Shown one piece after another: positions 1 through 9,113 of a stretch of 64,000 bases of DNA. Both the position numbers and the translations under genes were made by a program. Every line of letters begins with the position of its first letter. Positions within the stretch are counted from its first letter, which is position 1. The stretch lies in the IMG/VR virus record IMGVR_UViG_3300021376_000006; one strand, written 5' to 3'. The notes under the pieces were generated by a model that saw nothing but the letters and a program-made list of their open reading frames with translations, was not told the DNA's origin and did not search any database. Source of the stretch: a virus. Taxonomy: Duplodnaviria; Caudoviricetes.

Positions 1-481
1 CGCCCGACTGTTCCCATTCTGTTAGCACACTATTACGATCATCAACCAGGATATTGGGTGTACCATCTGCTTGTTTTGCATACTTGCCCTTGCGTCCAGT
101 GATGCGGATCACTCTAGGCTGCGGATCCAAGTTTTCTGCGATCCAGGCTCGCTTCATGGCTTCTGAGTTTTGATTGTCGCCGCGTAGTGGGCTGGAGCAG
201 ATGTTGTAGTAGCCAAACACTTGAACTACCATAGCTACCAATCTATCTGCACTAGGGAATTTGGGCAGTCTTTGAAAGAAATCAGTGCCGCGCATCTGTG
301 CAATTACAGGTTCTCGCAGTTCTGGGGGAATGTTTCTGTAGTCTGCTCGCCCGCTTTTGACATCAGCGGGAACGCCAGCAAGTTTGGCATATTCTGAAAA
401 AAAGTCTGCTAGCACGCCGTCCATGTCCAGGAATATTTCTGGCCGGCCGTGAGGTTGTTGTTCTAGTTCATAAAGTCGCAT
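1..481 (-). CDS. HAD-family 5'(3')-deoxyribonucleotidase, 3' end outside window
   Basis: Not in ORF track; hand translation MRLYELEQQPHGRPEIFLDMDGVLADFF...NILVDDR shows HAD motif I (DxDGV) and motif IV (LVDD). Confidence 0.85.
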   Translation of the reverse strand, partial: MRLYELEQQPHGRPEIFLDMDGVLADFFSEYAKLAGVPADVKSGRADYRNIPPELREPVIAQMRGTDFFQRLPKFPSADRLVAMVVQVFGYYNICSSPLRGDNQNSEAMKRAWIAENLDPQPRVIRITGRKGKYAKQADGTPNILVDDRNSVLTEWEQSG

Positions 482-488
482 TTTGTAT

Positions 489-1586
489 TTATGGATTAAT
501 TGATTTTGCTAATTCTGGAAAAATCTGGGAGAAACTTTGATTTCTTAGACTATCAAGTTCTTGGACCCAGTCTGTAAAATTTTCTATAGGTTGATCTGCT
601 GGTTGATTCATAAAATTTATCACGGGCTCAAATTGTTTTGGAGCTAGCAGCTTTTCTACAGTTTTTTTAGTCAAATTTGGCAAGTTTTTGATATTATATT
701 GCGACGGACTTTCCACCATGCCCAAATAAGGCCTGGGCAATTTTTCTTTATAACACCATAATAAGAAATCGTTTAGGTATAACACATTAAAAATGCTAAC
801 AGTGTGACTAATACTCAACTTGAAATTGTCTGCTTGTTTTGATTGATATTTTTTGATATTATCATAAACTTCTGCCCATACCGCTGGAAATCTAATGTAT
901 TCGTATTTTTTGCCAAATTGATCAATGCTGAGGGAAATTTCAATGTGTTCAAAATGTTTCCATTTATCCCATAATTTATTTTCAGGAAAAGTTGTACAGT
1001 TGGTTATATAAGTCAACGAAATTTTATTGCTTCTTCCGGTTTCGATCAAATAGTCCAAATAAAATAAATGTTCATCAATTCCAGTTATAAATGGTTCGCC
1101 ACCTGGAAAAGTAATATGACTAACATCTGTTGTTATTTTTTTAATGTGTTCAAGGAAATCGTGATCTTTATAAAACTTTTTATGATCATGCAATTTGATC
1201 AAGGGAAATTTTTTTACAAGTTTTTTTTCGTCAGCTAACCATTTACTAGAAGAGTAACTGCTGCATGTCCTACAAGCTAAGTTACACGTATTACCAAAAG
1301 GAAGACTTAGTACTTTGATTGTGTTTGGAGCAGAATCCTTAAAAATATACTGATTGTCTAAAATTCTTTTAGAAGGCAATCCGGCAGACTCATCGTCCCA
1401 ACACCTTTTGCACCCTTCGGGGTTTTTGTTGTGCAAGATATCATCTTTTAATTTTTTTAAATGCTCACTGTTAGCATATTCTTTTAAATTCTTACCTACC
1501 GTAACAGCATATTTGCAACACGGTTTGATATCACCTTGGGGAGAAATATCAAGTCCAGCCCAGGGATGAGCACAAAAATTATTCAT
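489..1586 (-). CDS. Radical SAM protein with N-terminal SPASM/twitch-like Cys cluster
   Basis: CNLACRTC (CxxxCxxC), GGEPF, N-terminal FCAHPW...PCC...CKRCW. Confidence 0.9.
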   Translation of the reverse strand: MNNFCAHPWAGLDISPQGDIKPCCKYAVTVGKNLKEYANSEHLKKLKDDILHNKNPEGCKRCWDDESAGLPSKRILDNQYIFKDSAPNTIKVLSLPFGNTCNLACRTCSSYSSSKWLADEKKLVKKFPLIKLHDHKKFYKDHDFLEHIKKITTDVSHITFPGGEPFITGIDEHLFYLDYLIETGRSNKISLTYITNCTTFPENKLWDKWKHFEHIEISLSIDQFGKKYEYIRFPAVWAEVYDNIKKYQSKQADNFKLSISHTVSIFNVLYLNDFLLWCYKEKLPRPYLGMVESPSQYNIKNLPNLTKKTVEKLLAPKQFEPVINFMNQPADQPIENFTDWVQELDSLRNQSFSQIFPELAKSINP

Positions 1587-1607
1587 TTAGTTTCTTAAAA
1601 AGTCAGC

Positions 1608-1647
1608 AAAAAGCCCTACTGCAAATATTTAACATCTGCAGTAGGGC
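1608..1647 (-). terminator. Rho-independent terminator with a TAAATA box in its loop
   Basis: 11-bp stem GCCCTACTGCA/TGCAGTAGGGC (1613-1623/1637-1647), T-tract on minus strand, TAAATA at 1626-1631. Confidence 0.8.
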
Positions 1648-1667
1648 CGGCAATGATTAGTGTATGT

Positions 1668-2225
1668 CTATTGTTTATTTAGATCTTCAAAAGCTCGGTC
1701 CGAGCGTTCAACTGCATTTTTGTTAGCACGTAGCTGGTCGTTGCGTCGTTGGATAGCATTGGCTTCTCCTGTGGGCAATGCCACTAGCACATAGCTGCGG
1801 AATCTACCGTTTTCTGCGATTCTCACAGTCTCTACAACTTCGGCACCACTGACATCAACTCGGCGACACATGCTACGTATCGCTACCTCTGAATTTTCAG
1901 CACCGGCCAATTCAGTATCATTCATATAAATCTTGCTGGATTTGTCAACTTCGCCGCCGGCTGCCATACAAATTGAACTGAATGCAATGTTTTTGGCCTT
2001 CATATCAGCCATAGCAAAATCTCTGCTGACTGCTGAACCATTTGCATATATGGCATTTTGACTTTCAGGCAATTTGCTCATCCATTTTGGTGCCTGGTCA
2101 ATAGAACGTGCAACCGCTCGTTCCTGACGCTCACGCTCAAGATCAGCACGTTTGTCATACACATTGGTTGTACCGCAGGCAGAAACAAATACTACGGTAC
2201 CAATAGCAATTATACTTTTTTTCAT
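1668..2225 (-). CDS. Lipoprotein (LPP20-like)
   Basis: MKKSIIAIGTVVFVSAC lipobox; start moved to 2225 by GAGGTG SD. Confidence 0.7.
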   Translation of the reverse strand: MKKSIIAIGTVVFVSACGTTNVYDKRADLERERQERAVARSIDQAPKWMSKLPESQNAIYANGSAVSRDFAMADMKAKNIAFSSICMAAGGEVDKSSKIYMNDTELAGAENSEVAIRSMCRRVDVSGAEVVETVRIAENGRFRSYVLVALPTGEANAIQRRNDQLRANKNAVERSDRAFEDLNKQ

Positions 2226-2233
2226 GTTACACC

Positions 2234-2356
2234 TCATTTAGATTGAATCCATTCACCGGCACGACTTAGGTCCCGGCCTGCACCGGAAATCGTGCCACCA
2301 ATTGTGCCACAAGCTGACATGCTCAAGACGCATACAAAACAAACAAAAGTTTTCAT
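2234..2356 (-). CDS. Entericidin EcnA/B-like small lipoprotein (40 aa)
   Basis: Not in ORF track; MKTFVCFVCVLSMSACGTIVGTISGAGRDLSRAGEWIQSK, lipobox MSAC plus G-A-G-x-D-x-x-x-A-G-E pattern. Confidence 0.7.
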   Translation of the reverse strand: MKTFVCFVCVLSMSACGTIGGTISGAGRDLSRAGEWIQSK

Positions 2357-2391
2357 AATAGTATTATATAATCTAAGTTAAAATTTGTCAA
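2357..2391 (-). promoter_or_regulatory. Consensus sigma70 promoter, apparently leaderless
   Basis: TTGACA(2386-2391)-17 nt-TATAAT(2363-2368)-6 nt-ATG. Confidence 0.85.
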
Positions 2392-2986
2392 CCACTGTCC
2401 ATTCGTTTCTGATCACACACCCAACTATTTCCCATTGTTTGAGTGCATTGGTTTTTGGATCAATATCAGATTCTAAAAAATATCTACACACAGTACCTTT
2501 GTGTTCAAACGGGCCAGGTGCGTTTGGATGTGGCTTGAGTTCGCTCAGTTTAAATGTGTCGTTTTTGACTAATCCTTTCCGCAATTGTGGAATTTGAAAA
2601 TCGTTACAATACAAGGTCTGACTTGATTGTATAGCAGCACCTTGTATGCGTTCTAGGATTTTGATCCTGCCAACCTGAATGGCCTGACTGCATATTTGAT
2701 CCGTACTGTCAGTTAGTAGCCCGCGACTTTCGCCTCTCGCATCATGCCATTTGTTGCCAATTCGGGCACGAAACAATATAGAACATGTCTGCGTGTCACC
2801 AATGGTTTTGACAAATTTTTGAAAATCAGCAATTTCGCGAATTTCAGCAGTTGATTGATTAGCTGTCACTGACTCTTGGTAACATTCAGCCAATACCAGT
2901 CCAGGAAAAGCCAAAACAATCATTAGCGTTTTTAACGCTCTTCTGATTCTTGTTTGATTTGTTGTTCTCTGTCCCATATTGCACAA
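2378..2986 (-). CDS. Exported hypothetical protein
   Basis: 202 aa ORF with hydrophobic signal-like segment LMIVLAFPGLVLA. Confidence 0.65.
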   Translation of the reverse strand: MCNMGQRTTNQTRIRRALKTLMIVLAFPGLVLAECYQESVTANQSTAEIREIADFQKFVKTIGDTQTCSILFRARIGNKWHDARGESRGLLTDSTDQICSQAIQVGRIKILERIQGAAIQSSQTLYCNDFQIPQLRKGLVKNDTFKLSELKPHPNAPGPFEHKGTVCRYFLESDIDPKTNALKQWEIVGCVIRNEWTVVDKF

Positions 2987-3294
2987 TTTTGTATCAATTG
3001 ATTTTGTGAAAATCTTATTAAGGCCTCGTGTTTGCCTGCCATACCTTCGCCACTGTCCTGGTCAGTGCCATGATAGGCATTGGCTACCATGCCAGCAATA
3101 CTAGTCATTTGAAATGCCAACTTCAATCTGTCTAAATGACTGTATTTCTGACTTTCCAAAAATTGATATTGTTGTTGTCTATTTTTACAATCAATTTTAT
3201 AGTGATTGAGTTCTTGATAGCTCATTCTTTCGGGGGTAGCACAAGCCACTTGAAAAAGACAGGCAGCAATCACTAGAGTTTTTTTCATTTGCAT
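2932..3294 (-). CDS. Putative lipoprotein
   Basis: MKKTLVIAACLFQVAC lipobox-like. Confidence 0.65.
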   Translation of the reverse strand: MQMKKTLVIAACLFQVACATPERMSYQELNHYKIDCKNRQQQYQFLESQKYSHLDRLKLAFQMTSIAGMVANAYHGTDQDSGEGMAGKHEALIRFSQNQLIQNCAIWDREQQIKQESEER

Positions 3295-3497
3295 TCCTTT
3301 TGTAACTGCCAGTACATTCTTCGTAAACTTTTACGAGCTTCGTAATCATCGTCGCTTAGCCGAGTCTCGGCACGAGCAATGAAAGCTTCTTGGCGCTGTT
3401 TATTGTAACAATCAGCAAACCATGTAGTGGTATCTGGCACGTGTCTGGTGGCACAGGATGTTAAAAACATCAAACCAAACAGGCAAAAATATTTCAT
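3285..3497 (-). CDS. Putative lipoprotein
   Basis: MKYFCLFGLMFLTSC lipobox. Confidence 0.65.
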   Translation of the reverse strand: MKYFCLFGLMFLTSCATRHVPDTTTWFADCYNKQRQEAFIARAETRLSDDDYEARKSLRRMYWQLQKECK

Positions 3498-3649
3498 CGT
3501 TGTTTGCGTGGAGTTACTGCAGATTTAAACACCATTATTGCAGTGGTCTCATCACAACCAGCGTTTCGTTGAATATATTTGACTGCATCCCGAGTGTTAA
3601 GTTGTAGAACGTAAACAGCTTCGTCGGCAAATCGTTGTGCTTGAGTCAT
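3494..3649 (-). CDS. Small hypothetical protein (51 aa)
   Basis: Not in ORF track; MTQAQRFADEAVYVLQLN..., AAGGAG SD, ATGA overlap with next gene. Confidence 0.7.
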   Translation of the reverse strand: MTQAQRFADEAVYVLQLNTRDAVKYIQRNAGCDETTAIMVFKSAVTPRKQR

Positions 3650-3658
3650 TGTTTCTCC

Positions 3659-4027
3659 TTACCAAGATGAATTGTAAAAAACTTTAAGTCCAGTAAAAAG
3701 CTCTGCGCGAGCTTTGCGTATAAATTCTAAATCTTGTTCGCGATAATAATCATCGCTATCACTACCAAAGAAAAAACCAGAAGTAGATGGGAGCTTGACA
3801 TTTTTAACATCCTCCTCTAAACGTTCTAGATCTTCCCATGAGAGTTCTAATTCTATACCGTTGAACATAGGATCTGCGCTAGGTTCAGTATTTCTACTGC
3901 GCCATAACTGCTCCATCCAACCATGCAGATTGGGATGTTTACGCCAGTAGGCAATTTCTCGTTGTGCTCCTGTACCCCACTCTTCGTTAGCTTTAGCAGC
4001 AGCGTAAGCGTACATATCTAAACCCAT
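3659..4027 (-). CDS. Conserved phage hypothetical protein
   Basis: MGLDMYAY...YWRKHPNLHGWM...FYNSSW, GGAG SD. Confidence 0.75.
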   Translation of the reverse strand: MGLDMYAYAAAKANEEWGTGAQREIAYWRKHPNLHGWMEQLWRSRNTEPSADPMFNGIELELSWEDLERLEEDVKNVKLPSTSGFFFGSDSDDYYREQDLEFIRKARAELFTGLKVFYNSSW

Positions 4028-4057
4028 TTACGTCTCCAAAAATTACAAAGTTAAGTT

Positions 4058-4086
4058 ATTATACCCAATAATGGTATTTTAGTCAA
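4058..4086 (-). promoter_or_regulatory. Sigma70-type early promoter
   Basis: TTGACT(4081-4086)-17-TATAAT(4058-4063). Confidence 0.8.
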
Positions 4087-4366
4087 CTCGTTCTCGTGAT
4101 TTGAGTTTGACCACAGTTAATTTAGTATTTTTACCAACCGGCGGTGGATCGTTTAGTTTATCACCAAATTCGCGTCCAACATAGTATTCGCACAAACGAT
4201 GACGGCACATGGTAGGCACATCTTCGAATCCTGGATCTAGTAAAAATTGATAGGGACTACGACCCCAAGTTGAATTTTTGAGAAAGTTAAAATATGCTCT
4301 GCGATGATCCTTGTTAGACGGATCAAATACTGTGGCGGGTCTACAATTTAACAATAATTTGTTCAC
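4079..4366 (-). CDS. Hypothetical protein
   Basis: 95 aa ORF, GTG start, promoter upstream. Confidence 0.65.
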   Translation of the reverse strand: MNKLLLNCRPATVFDPSNKDHRRAYFNFLKNSTWGRSPYQFLLDPGFEDVPTMCRHRLCEYYVGREFGDKLNDPPPVGKNTKLTVVKLKSRERVD

Positions 4367-4398
4367 TGTATATCCTAGAAAAAGTTAATAAGGTGTTT

Positions 4399-4437
4399 AT
4401 AGTAACACATAAAAAAAGCCCTGTCAACCAGGGCTTT
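4399..4437 (-). terminator. Terminator overlapping a sigma70 promoter
   Basis: Stem AGCCCTG/CAGGGCT with T-tract; TTGACA(4422-4427)-17-TACTAT(4399-4404), -35 in the hairpin. Confidence 0.7.
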
Positions 4438-4464
4438 GAATCTTGCTATTTGAGCAACTAGTGT

Positions 4465-4683
4465 TTACTTTTTAGCAACAGTTTGCTTGGGTATAAAGCT
4501 GGTTGCTGATTCAGCAACAGTTTTGGTAATATCAGTTGTCACTGCTACTACAGTTTTGGTCCATGTGGCCTGAGCATCTACCAAAGTTTCAAACCCGGAA
4601 CGAATTTCTTCGTTTGGAATATGAGAAAAAACAGCTTTGGTTTGTTTGGCCGCATTGTCTACTAGAGTTTCAACATTGTACAT
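4465..4683 (-). CDS. Phasin-like amphipathic helical protein
   Basis: 72 aa, helical ...NEEIRSGFETLVDAQATWTKT... pattern resembling phage phasin-like proteins (recalled, not searched). Confidence 0.4.
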   Translation of the reverse strand: MYNVETLVDNAAKQTKAVFSHIPNEEIRSGFETLVDAQATWTKTVVAVTTDITKTVAESATSFIPKQTVAKK

Positions 4684-4816
4684 TACTATCTCCTATAATT
4701 AATGTATGGTTACTATACTATAATTTATGCGGTGGTGCAACATAAAATATGCTCATTTAATGATTTTGTTTCACCTTTTTGTAAACTAAATATTTTTAAT
4801 TTTCAAGGAGATCCAA

Positions 4817-5200
4817 ATGGAATTAATTATTCTATCAGTAGTAGTAATTGGTGTTTTAGGTTTGTTTTTATGGCGGGATCGTAAATTTGAAGAAAATGGC
4901 TCACATCCATTGGACGGTGCCACAAAATCAAACGAACCGTGGCCGTTTCCAACAGCTCGTCCGACCGAGCTAACAACAAAACCAGATGGAATCGGACACG
5001 AAAGCGATCCTACATCAACCAACATTCTTGATGTAAACAAGGATGGAAAAGTTGATATCAAGGATGCAGTAGCAGCAGCTGAGATTGTGGTTGAAAAAAC
5101 CAAAAAAACAGCAGCTAAAACCAAAGCGGTGGCAAAAGCCACTGCGACCAAAGTAAAGACTGCTGCTAAAAAAACAGCCGCAAAAAAACCTAAAAAGTAA
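4817..5200 (+). CDS. Membrane-anchored protein with EF-hand-like loop and Lys/Ala-rich tail
   Basis: N-terminal TM helix, DVNKDGKVDIKD loop, KKTAAKK-type C-terminus; TAAATA and AAGGAG upstream. Confidence 0.7.
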   Translation: MELIILSVVVIGVLGLFLWRDRKFEENGSHPLDGATKSNEPWPFPTARPTELTTKPDGIGHESDPTSTNILDVNKDGKVDIKDAVAAAEIVVEKTKKTAAKTKAVAKATATKVKTAAKKTAAKKPKK

Positions 5201-5202
5201 TA

Positions 5203-6288
5203 ATGCTTTACTCAAGCGTCGGAGTCTATTACGACTCCGACTCTGTTCGATACCATTTTTCTCAATTTAAACAATTGAAACCATTGCAGGATTGTGTAAG
5301 TTATAACAATCTCGACGAATTTCTATGTTCTCAGTGTACAATCAAAATAGCCGGTTTGCATGTTCCTTATCCTTTTCATAAAAATTTCGAGACTCAAGTT
5401 GAAAAATTAAGTGCTGAATCCGATCACGTCTTTATAATTGCAACTGAGTTGCACCCTGAAATTGCTGCATTTATTCAAACAACTGACCACAAAAATATAA
5501 CCTATTATATCTGCGGATTTTTAAATTTTGAGTTGCATCATGCACAAGTTAAACAGTTTATGGATTGGTTCGAGACCAGCACATACTTTTATAAGCACTG
5601 GTTACCAGAGATTTTATCAAGACTGCACCCATACCAGTTCAAATATAGAGCCTTTGATATTTTACTAGGACGTAAAAAACTACATAGAGACGAACTGTTT
5701 AGGCATTACCAACTACGACCCAGCATTGGAATAGTTACTTACTTTAATGATCACAATACTCAATTGGGGGACAATCCAGATCAATGGATTTGGGAACATA
5801 CTGGAGTAAAAATTGATCAAAAACCTGAATGGACAGTTGATCCTGTAAACTATTACGGTCATCAAATGGGTTTAAGTCAAATTATTCCTATAAATGTTTA
5901 TAATCAAACTGCATATAGTGTAGTAGCAGAAACATGCTTTCATGACAACTTTGCTTTTTTTACAGAAAAAACCAGCAAACCTATAATAGGTCGAAGATTA
6001 TTTGTTATGTTTGCAGGAAGAAATTATATGGCTAACCTACGCCGCTTAGGGTTTAAAACATTTGATAGTGTCATTGACGAAAGCTACGATCAAGAATATG
6101 ATGCCTTGGTTAGATGGAGAATGGCTTGGGAACAAATGGTATGGCTTGCTGATCAACCACAAGATCAAATACTAGAACAAATACGCCCAATTGTGGAACA
6201 TAATTTTCAACATTTAATGACTACAAATTGGGCAGACAATTTTAGACAGGAGTTAGAGCAAGACTTTGCTCGTGTAACTGCTGGCTAG
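5203..6288 (+). CDS. Putative glycan-modifying / glycosyltransferase-like protein
   Basis: SVVAET...FFTEKTSKPI...LGFKTF...IDESYD block; paralogue of 41056..42075; function tentative. Confidence 0.45.
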   Translation: MLYSSVGVYYDSDSVRYHFSQFKQLKPLQDCVSYNNLDEFLCSQCTIKIAGLHVPYPFHKNFETQVEKLSAESDHVFIIATELHPEIAAFIQTTDHKNITYYICGFLNFELHHAQVKQFMDWFETSTYFYKHWLPEILSRLHPYQFKYRAFDILLGRKKLHRDELFRHYQLRPSIGIVTYFNDHNTQLGDNPDQWIWEHTGVKIDQKPEWTVDPVNYYGHQMGLSQIIPINVYNQTAYSVVAETCFHDNFAFFTEKTSKPIIGRRLFVMFAGRNYMANLRRLGFKTFDSVIDESYDQEYDALVRWRMAWEQMVWLADQPQDQILEQIRPIVEHNFQHLMTTNWADNFRQELEQDFARVTAG

Positions 6289-7267
6289 CCAGATTTTTAC
6301 CTTTGGCCTCAACCATGATATCAGCCCAATCGCTGTGCTCTAATGCCCACTTGTTGCATGCTTGGTTCCAAGCAAAATCACTGTGCGCTCGCAGTTTTTG
6401 TTTCTTGTACCCTGCTGCTAAGAGAGCGGCAAGATCAGGGCGTACATGTGGGTCATGATCCACCAACACATCTTCCCGGCTAATACTGTAATGAACAACA
6501 GGGCGAATACCACGCCAGCTGTCGCAAATCCTCTTGATACGATCGTCTCTATGGTCAATGTATTCTCCGGTGGCAATCCAATGATGGTGTAGGTCTAACA
6601 CCAAAGCGACGTCTGCAGCCAATTCGAGGCTGGCTTCAAGCCCCCAGGACATTTCATCGTTTTCGATTGTGATGCAGTTTCTTGCTTCGGGACTGAGTCT
6701 GCTGAGCGCCGCACGGATTCCGGCTGGACCGCGTTTACCCGAGATGTGGACATTGATCTTAAAGTCCTGGAACGAAGCGCCATAGCCCATCCATCTTGCC
6801 ATATCTGCATGATATTCAAACTCCTCTATACTTCTCGTTACAATGTTGTCGTTTTCGCTGGCCAACACACAGAATTGTCCAGGATGGAAACTGAGCCTTA
6901 CATCTAATCGGCGTGCAGTTTTGCCAATTGGCGCGAATATCTTTTCTAAATGTAGTTGTACATCTGCCTGTTGCCACCAAGCTTTCCAATCTTTTTCTGT
7001 ATAACCTTGCAACATTTCACTACCTAATCGAACCATTCTACGCTCGGCAGGTAGAGTGGCCACACGTTCAATCATTTTAACCGCAGCAGCAGCATTGTGA
7101 TTCATAATGTCCCATTGGCGCTGCTCGGCCTCGCCAGGATGTTCACGCAACCAACGCATGGTAGTGCTACGCCCGTTGAGATCTCGGTCCTTGGCATTTA
7201 CCTTCATGCCGCCACACTCGCTGGGGTCATTCAACCATTTGCAGGCAAAGCCAATACGTTTGATCAT
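6242..7267 (-). CDS. uvsE: UV damage endonuclease
   Basis: RIGFAC, RLSFHPGQF, IENDE, LDLHHH, RAHSDF, IMVEAKGK motifs. Confidence 0.93.
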   Translation of the reverse strand: MIKRIGFACKWLNDPSECGGMKVNAKDRDLNGRSTTMRWLREHPGEAEQRQWDIMNHNAAAAVKMIERVATLPAERRMVRLGSEMLQGYTEKDWKAWWQQADVQLHLEKIFAPIGKTARRLDVRLSFHPGQFCVLASENDNIVTRSIEEFEYHADMARWMGYGASFQDFKINVHISGKRGPAGIRAALSRLSPEARNCITIENDEMSWGLEASLELAADVALVLDLHHHWIATGEYIDHRDDRIKRICDSWRGIRPVVHYSISREDVLVDHDPHVRPDLAALLAAGYKKQKLRAHSDFAWNQACNKWALEHSDWADIMVEAKGKNLASQQLHEQSLALTPV

Positions 7268-7524
7268 GAATTCCTTATTACATACATGGTTAGTCCTGCG
7301 TCTCTATCTACTATAACACAATCGTTAGGATATTTACGATATATTTCTTTTAATTCACTGGTGTATTTGTTTTTTGCTTTTTTGATCACTGATTCAATCA
7401 CTACCATTTTGTTTGCCAATTTGGTCACGCGACCCAGCATAAGTTTGTTTGACTGTGGATAAGCAACATAATCATTGATAGTTATTTCTTTCCCAAGAGC
7501 GTCATTATGCATATCAATTTCCAA
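7264..7524 (-). CDS. Hypothetical protein
   Basis: In-operon ORF; ATG at 7512 is a possible start. Confidence 0.6.
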   Translation of the reverse strand: MEIDMHNDALGKEITINDYVAYPQSNKLMLGRVTKLANKMVVIESVIKKAKNKYTSELKEIYRKYPNDCVIVDRDAGLTMYVIRNS

Positions 7525-7702
7525 TTTTATTATAACATTCTAAACAAACAGCATTTTGCGGTCCGCCCATTCCGCGAATCATTCGTCTACACTCTTGACA
7601 ACAAATTACAGCCGCAGAATAGATGTATCCCTTTTTGCATTCATATAAGGGTTCCCATGCGCCATCGGGTGTTTGATTGTATCCCAAGATTTCTTCATTC
7701 AT
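7514..7702 (-). CDS. Small Cys-rich hypothetical protein
   Basis: CCQECR...CLEC; TTGACT-16-TATTAT-6-ATG upstream. Confidence 0.6.
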   Translation of the reverse strand: MNEEILGYNQTPDGAWEPLYECKKGYIYSAAVICCQECRRMIRGMGGPQNAVCLECYNKIGN

Positions 7703-7732
7703 GGTATAATAATAGCAGTTATTGAATTAAAG

Positions 7733-8050
7733 TCAATTACACATCATGGCAATATGTGTTGCAAACACCGCATGTTTCTCTCGAATCCGAATGGTCAATC
7801 GATTGTCTCTGACATCGGTGTTACCCATATACCATGCCCAATCCCAACCTTGACGTCCAATCCATTCTTCCATAAACGGACGATAATGATCATTTGGATC
7901 AGCACTCTCTATTTGGATCCATGTGGCTCCAACGTCGTACCACCTAGCATCACTGTATCCAACTGCCACATTGCCCTTGGGCCACTTGACACTTATTTCC
8001 ACGTAAGGTATAAAATGCCACCAAATTTTTTCAATTAAAGGAACAATCAT
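7733..8050 (-). CDS. Hypothetical protein, divergent FxLRW-like family member
   Basis: Trp-rich, ends IRIREKHAVFATHIAMMCN. Confidence 0.6.
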   Translation of the reverse strand: MIVPLIEKIWWHFIPYVEISVKWPKGNVAVGYSDARWYDVGATWIQIESADPNDHYRPFMEEWIGRQGWDWAWYMGNTDVRDNRLTIRIREKHAVFATHIAMMCN

Positions 8051-8322
8051 GCGAACCTTAAGGCAAATTCAGTAGCAATCTTTTCGTCTTTGAAAATAAA
8101 CAGAGTATCCTGGTCCTCTAGCTGGTCACTGTCCCCCAAACTGTAACAGTTGTAATATAACCAGTCGTCGCCGTTAAGCCAATGATTGATCTCTCCGTCC
8201 TTGCCTCCATATCGTACAGATCCTGTACCGGCATTAGCTTTAAGCCAAGTTTCTATTTCATCATGCTGCTTGCTCATTTTTTTGTATGGTACTTTTACTT
8301 TACTTGGCATTATCCGCCCCAC
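8047..8322 (-). CDS. Small protein, FxLRW family
   Basis: Ends FIFKDEKIATEFALRFA. Confidence 0.7.
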   Translation of the reverse strand: MGRIMPSKVKVPYKKMSKQHDEIETWLKANAGTGSVRYGGKDGEINHWLNGDDWLYYNCYSLGDSDQLEDQDTLFIFKDEKIATEFALRFA

Positions 8323-8531
8323 CTTAACAAAAACAGCGTTGCATCTTGTTCTCGTTTAAAAACAAAATATAGTCCATTGTTCCTCCAAGAACCTCGTTCA
8401 AAGTTGTCAATACAATAGGCTTCAAGACGACAGGCTTGTTCCCAGGCATCCGGTTCAGGCAACATTCTGAATTGATGCGGCCAATGGCGTTTGTTATAGG
8501 TTGCATGATAATTCATCATAGTATCCTTCAA
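8310..8531 (-). CDS. Small protein, FxLRW family
   Basis: Ends FVFKREQDATLFLLRWGG. Confidence 0.7.
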   Translation of the reverse strand: MKDTMMNYHATYNKRHWPHQFRMLPEPDAWEQACRLEAYCIDNFERGSWRNNGLYFVFKREQDATLFLLRWGG

Positions 8532-8886
8532 CTACCACCCATCCTAGCTTTTTAAAATCTTCATGAATTTCATCAGTTATGTAACTTTCGTTTACGAATC
8601 CATTAAATTTACTTTCCTCATCAGGAAGCCCTCTGATACCCGAACAGTACCAATCCATGTAATTACCTTCACAACGAAGGTCCGCTACTAATCCGCCGGC
8701 ACTACGCCAGGAGCAGGACCATGTTTCATCTTTGAGGACAGGCATGAGTTCCAGTTTTTTAAATGCATTGTTACATAGTGCAGCATAGACATTTTGTGCA
8801 TAAGATTCCGACGCTCTTACTTTGTCAACGAACCATCTCGCATCTTTCATGTCGCGTTCTAAATTGTGCTCCATTAGGCGTCCCAT
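8494..8886 (-). CDS. Conserved phage hypothetical protein
   Basis: YAQNVYAALCNN...WSCSWRSAGG...YMDWYCSG. Confidence 0.7.
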   Translation of the reverse strand: MGRLMEHNLERDMKDARWFVDKVRASESYAQNVYAALCNNAFKKLELMPVLKDETWSCSWRSAGGLVADLRCEGNYMDWYCSGIRGLPDEESKFNGFVNESYITDEIHEDFKKLGWVVVEGYYDELSCNL

Positions 8887-9113
8887 CTCAACAAGAAATT
8901 ACTAGCGTCTGCTACGTCGTCAATGACTACCACCATGCCTTGCTGATGCGTTCTGCCCTTGGGTAAACATTCGTCCATCCAGGCATAAATTTCTTTTTGG
9001 TTATCAGTCCACCAACGGTAATCTGCAATAATGATATAATGATGCGGCATGTCATCATCAAACGGCCCTGTTGCAATAAATCTACCTTTGTCAGAAGGAA
9101 AAACTACGCTCAC
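8874..9113 (-). CDS. Small protein, FxLRW family
   Basis: Ends VIDDVADASNFLLRWDA. Confidence 0.7.
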   Translation of the reverse strand: MSVVFPSDKGRFIATGPFDDDMPHHYIIIADYRWWTDNQKEIYAWMDECLPKGRTHQQGMVVVIDDVADASNFLLRWDA

